Shown here in pieces: positions 54,800 to 64,000 of a DNA stretch of 64,000 nucleotides. The notes beneath the pieces were generated by a model, which saw nothing but the letters and a program-made list of their open reading frames with translations, made no database searches and was not told the origin of the DNA. How positions within the stretch are numbered: position 1 is the stretch's first letter; every line of letters starts with the position of its first letter. This DNA comes from Octopus sinensis (taxonomy: Eukaryota). A program made the position numbers and the translations under genes. The stretch lies in the NCBI RefSeq assembly GCF_006345805.1, contig NC_043004.1, positions 16,058,001 through 16,122,000 of the forward strand, given 5' to 3'.

Positions 54800-55860
54800 T
54801 ATTCCAATACCACACACCGTACACACTTCACACACACACACCCACACGCATATACAGACACCAACACACACACACCGGCTCGTGTGTACACACATACATA
54901 CGCACTCCCTCACGCACCAATACACATGTGCATACGCACACACACACACACACAGACATACGCACACACACACGAACGTACATATACCTCCACACACCAA
55001 ATCATATACACACAATACAAATATGCCGATACACACTGATGGACACATATACACGCACGTAATACACGACAACACACACATTCCTCTGCGTACACATACC
55101 CACACAAACACATGGAGACACACACACATGTATACATTCTCTCTCCGTCTAAGCATAATGCCAACACATACAGACATACAAACAACCATACCCACCTATT
55201 CACACAATCACACCCACCTATTCTCATCCTTTTCCTATGCTTCTTCTGACTCACTAATAAACCCTCTATCTAAGCACACATGCACACACACACACACACA
55301 CACACACACAATGCCGTACCCACCTATTCAGGCACCTGTCACTATAGCTGCTGACCTCTCAGAGCGGATTCAACACACACACAGATGCTACTACAACAAC
55401 GCACACACAAGCAACGCCCACAAACACAAACATACAGGCTGCGCACACAGACACGAACATACAAACACGACACCTACACACATAGTTACCACCACACGCA
55501 CACACGCTACCACACGCACACACGCAGTTACTAACAAACACACAGGCGACAATACGTACACACACTATCACACACATGCCACCAAACACGCACACGCACA
55601 CACAGATGCTGACCATATTCACATAATTCTGTCCCAGAAACCAATTTCTCTTCATTACTTCTACTTCCGGTCACTTCGCAATTTTCCGCACCATCTTCAT
55701 GGACTTCGCTGTTTTTCCTATTTCCGAAGAGAATCTATGCCCGAAACATAATACTACTACACTTTTCCTGCTCTTGTGCTACACCTACACGTTCGTTTTC
55801 CTTTTTTCTTTCTTCTATGCTTTTTGAATTGACTATTCTTTTATTATTTTGTTTATTTCA
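54800..55860 (+). mobile_element. Degenerate (CA)-rich tract ending in a PLE-type tail with a CCGAAGA...GAAAC motif
   Basis: ttt CCGAAGA gaatctatgccc GAAAC at ~55723-55746. Same layout as 59205-61080. Confidence 0.45.
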
Positions 55861-55867
55861 CTTATTT

Positions 55868-56045
55868 GATTACGGTCATGCTGGAACACCGATATTAGTC
55901 GAGTAAATCCATTCCTGAACTTATTCTTTGCAAGCCGAGTACGTATTCTGTCGGGCCCTTTTGGCGAACCACTAATTTATGGGGAGGTTAACACCCCAGC
56001 ATCGGTTGTCAAGTGATGATAGGAGGAACAGACACAGACACGCAA
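55868..56045 (-). mobile_element. SINE family 1, 3' half
   Basis: Reverse complement of the family tail. Confidence 0.75.
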
Positions 56046-56065
56046 ACACATATATATATATATAT

Positions 56066-56283
56066 AGTTAGTTAATCCAAACAAGAAAGCAAAAAAAAAC
56101 ACAACAACGCGAGGACGTGGAACAAATATAGTATTATTGGACGCTCAGGAAAGAAGGAAAGAAGGAGGGTTTAACGTTTCGAGCGGAGCTCTTCGTCGGA
56201 AACATGGGAGAAGGAAAGATCCAGAGAAGGGAAGACAGAGGAAAAAAAATCGCGCAATGGTACACACGCGGTCACATTTTGAA
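56066..56283 (-). mobile_element. PLE terminal segment, inverted near-identical copy of 60866-61080
   Basis: About 210 bp are shared, including ccgacgaagagctccgctcgaaacgttaaaccctcc. Confidence 0.85.
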
Positions 56284-56349
56284 TATATATATATCTATAT
56301 ATATATGTATGTATGTTGTATTATGTATATATATGCATATAATATATGC

Positions 56350-56395
<46 letters not shown>

Positions 56396-56479
56396 AATAA
56401 AATAGAACATATGCATATATAAACATATATGTACGTACCTATCTCTACATGTACATATACACGCATATATGTGTACAGG

Positions 56480-56800
56480 ACACCAAAAAGACGTCGAACA
56501 CATAGAGAGACGAAAAACATAGACACAAACCAAGGAACAGGACAAGCAAAAAAGAAAAAAAAAGAGATACAGGACAATAAGCACAACGAAAAATCCCCTT
56601 CTTCAGTCGCTAAGGTTTCATCTACTCTACGTTTCGAAGGATAAAAGCGAGACGTATACTTCGAAGAAACTTCCTTCCTGCGAAAAGCAAATCAATTAAA
56701 ATTCTGAGATCTTTTCGCAGAGGGGTAAAAAATGGTAAAAAAAAGCAAGACGGTAACGACAGTACAAACATATAAACAGTAAAAAAAAAAAAAAATTATA
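56480..56800 (-). mobile_element. PLE terminal remnant
   Basis: Minus strand ccttcGAAAcgtagag...gaCTGAAGAagggg...ttattgtcctg. Same architecture as 57720-58030. Confidence 0.5.
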
Positions 56801-56869
56801 TATAAACAGTTGAAAAATAAATATATAACAGTGAGAGACAGGACAAGGAGAACAAGATATGCATATATA

Positions 56870-57000
56870 CAGAGGTTTTTCTTGTTTGCCGACTGCTAAA
56901 TTCCCTCACAAGGTTTATTCTGCGCAAAGCTATAGTAGAAGAAACCTGCCAAAATGACCACGCAGTTCGTCGGAACCCGGAACCATGTGGCAAGATACTG
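56870..57000 (-). mobile_element. SINE family 1, head fragment
   Basis: Reverse complement of ccacatggttccgggttcc...ttctactatagc. Confidence 0.6.
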
Positions 57001-57719
57001 ACATATAGACACGCACATAGACACACACTCACACACACAGGCACACACAAACGCACTCATACACACACACATATACATACCTCTATACGCACAGACAATC
57101 ACACACACACACACATATGTATATATATATATATATATATACAATATCTAACTGTTTCCCTGCATTCTGAGATCTAGTGTGTTTCTTCGGGCTATATGTG
57201 TATATTGTCTCCGTAACTTAAAAATCTTCGCCTTCAAGAACATCCTCTGTCTTCGATGGCCTGAATATGGTAGTAGACACTGAGCTTATCAGATTCTGTT
57301 GTTACTGACAAACTGTTTTGAGTGTGTAGATATAGTAGGATGGTGATTCTGCTAATTGGCTTTCTAATTTTTTGTAATCTTGATTTGGTCTTAACGGGGG
57401 GGTTACACATGCGATTGTCCTTAGCTGATATTTAAGATTCCGCCTATACGTACACATACGTCTTGGTTCACGTATTCTTCCATATATATACTAACGCTCA
57501 GACACATACGCACACAAACGCATACACATATACATATATATTAATACATATATATATATATCAATAATATAATTATATATATGTATATATATGTTCACAT
57601 ATATATATATATGCATATATGTATACACACACACACACACGCACAGACACACACACACATACATATATATTATATATATAATGATAATAAATAATAATAT
57701 ATATATGCACATAAGGTTA

Positions 57720-58030
57720 CAGGACGATACCAACAGTCAAACAACATGAACTCCGTAAACAAACTAGTTAAACACCCAAACAACTAGGGGAAAATAGAAA
57801 ACAGGACAAGTAAACACAGAAACGGGAACCTTCATCAGTTACCGGCTGTCAATCTACTCCTCATTTCGAGCATTCAACGACAATATGAGCCTTCAAAGAC
57901 AGTTGCTCCCATAAATTCTGAAATAAAATTTTGGAAATATGGAGGGTCGAATTTGGGAACAAAAACAGAACATTGGAGACATACAAGGAAACCGAACGAA
58001 AACAAACATGAAGGATCGTTAGACCAGAGC
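57720..58030 (-). mobile_element. PLE terminal remnant
   Basis: Minus strand gctcGAAAtgaggag...aaCTGATGAagg...ttacttgtcctg. Confidence 0.5.
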
Positions 58031-58044
58031 GATTGAATATATAT

Positions 58045-58087
<43 letters not shown>

Positions 58088-58559
58088 ACAATATAAATTA
58101 TAATGGTTAATTGACAATTTTTGTCTTTTTTTTCGGCATATTTGGCATTAGAATTTTTCTTTTGCCCTTATATCGTAAATTATTTATAAATTTAACCTTT
58201 AAAGGTATTTTTTGATATGCTGACCATTGATAAAATTTTTTTCCCTAAAAAAATGTTATCCTACATTAGTTATATATATATATATATATATATACACGCG
58301 TACGCACAAATAAACAGATAAGTACGCACACTCACATGCATACATATATACAAATATATGCACAAAGATACCCGAGCACGCATATATACACACACATGCT
58401 CGTGTGCACGCGCACACACAGACACATGCATACACACATATATATCTTTACTTATGTCGCTACGTGCAGTTATGCATAGTAAACACGGGGACGAGAATAC
58501 GTATGTATAGAGAAATACAACCCGACAAACGAACACATGGATACGGGGAAAGGACAGAG

Positions 58560-59140
58560 GGAGAGAGTTCACTTAATTATCATTATTATTTCACTGCGCT
58601 GAATCTGGAACATGCGTATTTTTAGCGAGCGGTGGAAACATCTCAGTATTTTCTCAGCATGCTTATTTACCAAGTGTTCGTTACTTAACCGGATGCACAA
58701 GGATGCCTCGAGGATACTTCAAAGTCACATACGCCGGATAGTGTATTATATGGAGGTGCGTTTTTTATTACTGACCATTGTATTTCATATTTTATTTCAT
58801 ATTTCCTTCTTCTAATCTTCATATTATGTCGACTAGTGATGTTACGTGTCGCCGGAGTATCTTTTTAATGAGAAGATATAACTGCGAGATAACGGACCTT
58901 CAATTGGTTTCAGAGGGTCCAATGTATGTGTATTTATGGTGTGGTGTCATGATTGTGCATTTTTATACGATGTTTTTCACATATAGTGATTCCTGAGCGG
59001 ACATGCTGATTTCTTGCGACAGCTGCAATTATTTGCACTACCATTATCTTTATAATTATTTGGAAGCATTTTGATTTTGTTTTTATGATGTTCCTGATGA
59101 TTAGAGGTATCTGAAGTTTTATTGATGTCATAGCCTCTTT
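58560..59140 (-). mobile_element. Heavily decayed PLE GIY-YIG region (same group as 51725-53520)
   Basis: Minus-strand fragments NCSCRKKSACPL, YTYIGPSET, RHVTSLVDII and YEIQWSVIKNAPPYNTLSGVC. Confidence 0.7.
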
Positions 59141-59164
59141 TGTTGCTACATATATATGTGTATA

Positions 59165-59204
<40 letters not shown>

Positions 59205-59211
<7 letters not shown>

Positions 59212-61080
59212 CGTTCCAATTCTCCCGTCGCACGTCACTTCCGCTCGGCCGGCCATTCCCCCGGTGACATCTCTGTGTTTGGTCTTGCCCCACACAACGG
59301 ACCTCCACTATCCAGGCTTCAATTGGAACAACGGTTTATTTTCACTTTACAGACTAACACCCCGCACGGGCTCAACACAGCCCCCTCCTCTTAGTGACTG
59401 CGTCTCCACCTCCCACAACAAGCAACTTTATTTCTTATTTCTTCCTCCTTTTCTTTTTTTCTTTGTTTTTTTTCATTTCTTTCCTTACGTGCTATTACGT
59501 CTTTTATATTATTTTAATAATTTATTGTTTTTTTGTTTTTTTATTATTCTATTGTTTTTATAAATTATTGTCCTTATACAGAAACACATACACACACATA
59601 CTCACGTATCCACGAACACACACATACCTCCAACACACCACACACATACAACATACATGCACATATATGCACACATACTTCCACACACATACACACACGC
59701 ACACATACACAAATACACAAACCCACACACACCCACGCGCACACACACATATGCTCGTGAACACACACACGTACACAAACGTACACACACGCACAAGAAT
59801 GCACAGAAACCTATCCTATCCAGCACACACAGACACACATACCTTTAGACACATAAACGTACACATAGCCACATACACGCACATACTCAAGCACACGCGC
59901 GTACAATAAAATGAACACAACCTGACACACATATCCACGGTCACACACACGCACATACACATACACGCACGTACATACGCACACAATACACGCACACACA
60001 TACAGACGTACATACACGTACATACACACACACCAGCACGAACATTACGCCCACACACACATGCATTCAAATACACACCGATACATACACACAATATATG
60101 CCTACACGCGCACACACACATACATATACGTATACACATATAGACACAAACACACACACACACACACGCACACAAAAACATGCGCACACATACACACGCA
60201 TACGAATGCACACACCCAAAACTCACAACCCCACGGATACACGTATATACACCCATATACGCTTACACACACATACAAACGCACGCGTACACGCACACAC
60301 AACTACACGCACACACAACTACACGCACATAAGACACGCACGCACATACATACACACACAAATGAACCCACACATACATCCCATACACAGGCACACAATT
60401 ATACATAAATGTATACACACATACGCACGTCCAAGCACACACGCACACATACACTAAGTAAAGCACAGTTATTCGCCACACACCCAAACTCTACGCATAC
60501 ACACACGAACACACACACACTACAAACAAAACACACACACGATACATATACATACACGCACACACACACATACTTCAAAGTAGCAGTACTGACCTGTGGT
60601 AGAGACCAAAGGCACCACTCCTTCCTCGACCTTCACACTACTAGCCCTACAAACACGCTTTGTTTAACATATAAAACCACACACACTCACACACACACAC
60701 GTGTCATCATTGCACATATACACACACACACGCTCACGCAGACCTCCGCACACGCACATATCCACACTTACAAGCACATACCTCATCCTCTACCATTCTC
60801 CTTTCTTTGACAGAACTACTCTTCTCTCTTTCAAAACACCTTTCTTCACTCCTTTCCTTCCGTTCTTTCAAAATGTGACCTCATGTGTAGCGTTGGCGAT
60901 TGTTTCCTCTATCTTCCCTTCTCTGGATCTTTCCTTCTCCTATGTTTCCGACGAAGAGCTCCGCTCGAAACGTTAAACCCTCCTTCTTTCCTTCTTTCCT
61001 GAACGTCCAATAATACTATATTTGTTCCACGTCCTCGCGTTGTTGTTTTTTTTTGTTCTTTCTTGTTTGGATTAACTTTA
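59205..61080 (+). mobile_element. 5'-truncated PLE: GIY-YIG C-terminus, long (CA)-rich 3' UTR and HHR-like tail
   Basis: SPVARHFRSAGHSPGDISVFGL...RLQLEQRFIFTLQTNTPHGLN* at 59215-59394. Tail CCGACGA a gagc-tcc-gctc GAAA cgtt...aacg UC at ~60949-61008. Confidence 0.85.
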
Positions 61081-61117
61081 TATATATATACACCACCGTA
61101 AAGAAGCCTGTAAAGCG

Positions 61118-61159
<42 letters not shown>

Positions 61160-61889
61160 AATATATATGTATATATATACACATATATGTGTGCGTTTGT
61201 GTGTTTATCTTTATAAATATATGTAGTTACATCTATATGAACCTATATATGCGTCTATATATATGTATTATATATATATACATACACATATATACATATA
61301 TGTATATATGTATATATATATATAATATATATATATATTATATATATATATACTTATACAATATATATACATACTTATATTTAATTATAATACAAAACAT
61401 TTATCTGGCACTAGCAATGAATAGCGTGAAATACAGAGGTTTAATTTATGCTAATGAAAGTTCCTAAACCCATATATGTACATGGATAGCATATCAAATT
61501 TTAAAATCTGTAAACATTTTGTTAAAATTGAAACGCTACATTGTACACCTATATCTTTCTAACTTCATCCATTAAATAGCTCGATACGGTTTATTACTAT
61601 CGAACACAATGAATACCGTTTCTATATTTATCAATTAATTTTATTGTTGTATTGTTTAGTTCTATTGTTTAATGGGACATTTTTTTTTATCGCACATCAT
61701 ACCGTTACTTTATTGACGTAGTAAACTTCATTATATTCAGTGAATGCTTTGGAAGTTTCTAATAGATAACATCCTCTCCAAGGTATTCGTTTTCTATTAG
61801 ATTTTCAATCATTTTTATCTTTTGATTGAACTGATTCACTGTTAAGCTGTCTTACATTTTCTGAACGTTATTATATATTTGAATTTATG

Positions 61890-62009
61890 TATCTATGCAC
61901 ACGCACGCGCACGTACACACGAATATATATGTGTGTATGTAGGTTATATATATATATATATATGTATGTAATATATATATATATATGTATGTAATATATA
62001 TATGTATGT

Positions 62010-62040
<31 letters not shown>

Positions 62041-62091
62041 GTATGTATGTATATATATATATAATGTATATATATATATGTATATGTATAC

Positions 62092-62128
<37 letters not shown>

Positions 62129-62146
62129 GTATGTATATATATGTAT

Positions 62147-62187
<41 letters not shown>

Positions 62188-62460
62188 TATATACGTATAC
62201 ACAAACATGTATGTACAGAAATATACACAATATACATACACACATATATATATATATTTGTGCATATGCGTGTGTGTATACGTTTAATTATACACTTATG
62301 TGTGTGTGTCTGTGTATGTGTGTGTGAGTGCGTGTATATATATGTGTGTGTATGTATGTATATGAATATATATATATCCTTATATATATATGCAATTATA
62401 TAGTGTGTGTACACACATATATATATATACATATATGCATACACACAGACGCTCACACAG
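61890..62460. repeat. Long compound (TA)n/(TG)n/(CA)n microsatellite
   Basis: Directly visible. Similar tracts lie at 30350-30590, 41490-41650, 45545-45800, 49900-50150 and 51470-51725. Confidence 0.95.
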
Positions 62461-63630
62461 ACGTATTTCTACACCGAGCTAGACAGAGACCTATAGCTTG
62501 TATAGACTTACTCTTCTAATTTTTATATTATCCTACCCCGACGCCAGAACGTTTATTCGTTCGTATGTGGCAATGTTAAAAAATAAAAATTACACATCAT
62601 ATAAAGAAACGTACTCATGCTACCAATGGAATAGCTTTCCTTTATTCCCCATTTTACTGAATAATACTTAGCAAGTAATCGAAGATCTGCTTCAGTTGAA
62701 AAAAAATGATAACCAAACAAAATGCATATTATGTAGGAAAAATAAATGGCTATCTTATAATCCAAAGTGAATCTCCCATTGTTCTGCTTATATAATCTAA
62801 ATACCATTAGGCAAGAATCGGAATTATACTTGTTACATTTGTATTTATTTCCTTCTCGGTTCTCTATAAAACGTTTGCTCCAGACATCGGAAATATTACG
62901 CGTATAAAATAATAGGTTGATATTTTATAGAAACGGGCTACTTTTTTTCTGTGTTCTAATAACATTGAAACTCGTGAAAATTTAGATAGTTTCCTAAGAA
63001 ATACTTTATTTCTTTTTATTTTTATTATGGGGAGGAATAATATCTTATAAAAATATTTTATTTACTGGTCGGTCTATATATCAGAACACACTGAGAATTG
63101 TAGTCGGCAGAACTTACATTATATACTAAAACTTAGTCTAAAATCTTATTTGAAACCTATCTCTCCAGTAGGCTGAAAACTGTTATTCGAATAATTAAGG
63201 AATATCTCAAATATTTAATATAATGAATTGAAAACCTTAAAGGTGTGATATTATCATTTTTTAGTATATATTTTCCTTTTCCTGGTGTTTAGACTCTACA
63301 AACAACAAACTAGATTAAGTCAACACGTAAATGCCTCACATATATAAATCATATATATATATATATATCATTTGAACGACATCGATTAACTAAGATTAAC
63401 TTATCATCGAGATATCTAGATATCTGTCTTTTGCTGCTTTCTTTATATTCACAATCAATGCAACTGTACTTGATCACTTCTAAGTCTCCCTGCCAATGAA
63501 AGAAATATCATTTAACGATCAGCTTCAAAAAGAAAGCCCACACATATTTACCTCTTTATTCTTTTCCAAATCTGTTAGATAAGAGTAATTGGCTTATAAA
63601 TACGTGTACATACAAATTTATATGTATATA

Positions 63631-63672
<42 letters not shown>

Positions 63673-63751
63673 TATATATATATATAGGCACAAGTACACA
63701 CACATTTGTATTAGTACGAGTGCATCTATGTCAACAAATGTGAGTACATAT

Positions 63752-63800
63752 ACTTACCTGTGTAAAGGCGATAGAGTGACAGAAAAAGCGAATGGAAGAT
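63752..63800 (-). other. Perfect splice donor CAG|GTAAGT directly preceded by a polypyrimidine tract (exon end or recursive splice site)
   Basis: Minus strand: cttccattcgctttttctgtcactctatcgcctttacacag|gtaagta. Confidence 0.35.
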
Positions 63801-64000
63801 TGTCCTCTCGGGAAACTCAGAATTGGTAAGCTATCAGACTTGGACGTTTTGCAACTTTATTTGAGATTCTGTGTTCTGAAGGCAAGGCAAAAGTATCCAC
63901 CTTCCAAGGCATGTGTCCTCTTGCCTTTCTATGAATCAACATCTGTCATGAAATGATACACATAAATTTCATTATTGTGGAATAATGATATAGAATATCA

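Noticed and set aside
56590-56660. Type II hammerhead (GAAA...CTGAAGA order, also at 57830-57870)
   Set aside because: Stem I cannot be paired in either copy, so it is not supported as a ribozyme.
58625-58755. Apparent plus-strand exon (tttttag|...ERWKHLSIFSACLF...YYME|gtgcgt)
   Set aside because: The minus strand of the same bases encodes recognisable PLE GIY-YIG motifs, so this is antisense of a decayed transposon.

Overview
Eukaryotic, AT-rich, extremely microsatellite-dense DNA. The repeat repertoire strongly suggests an octopus (coleoid cephalopod) genome, but this is inferred from my recognition of repeat families, not from a search. I could not identify any host protein-coding gene. 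Almost all ORFs in the track are translated microsatellites or antisense reads of transposons. The window is a patchwork of decayed mobile elements: R4/Dong-clade RLE LINEs (one inserted in (TAA)n), Tx1/L1-clade LINEs, HERO-like RLE LINE 3' ends, an RTE 3' end, many Penelope-like element (PLE, GIY-YIG) fragments, mariner remnants, Helitron/Helentron-type non-autonomous elements, a TIR transposon splitting a SINE, two tRNA-derived SINE families, and a ~1.9-kb 74/86-bp satellite. The most interesting signal is a set of hammerhead ribozyme (HHR) motifs at PLE-type termini. One is fully canonical (51763-51857, minus strand). Several lie inside fold-back palindromes: a perfect 64-bp-arm hairpin at 40287-40434 and a ~275-bp-arm palindrome family at 50.5-51.2 kb and 32.5-33.3 kb. 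Several carry a recurrent CCGANGA (U4->C) core variant. There is also a candidate recursive splice site at ~63.76 kb (minus). Coordinates of decayed elements are approximate.
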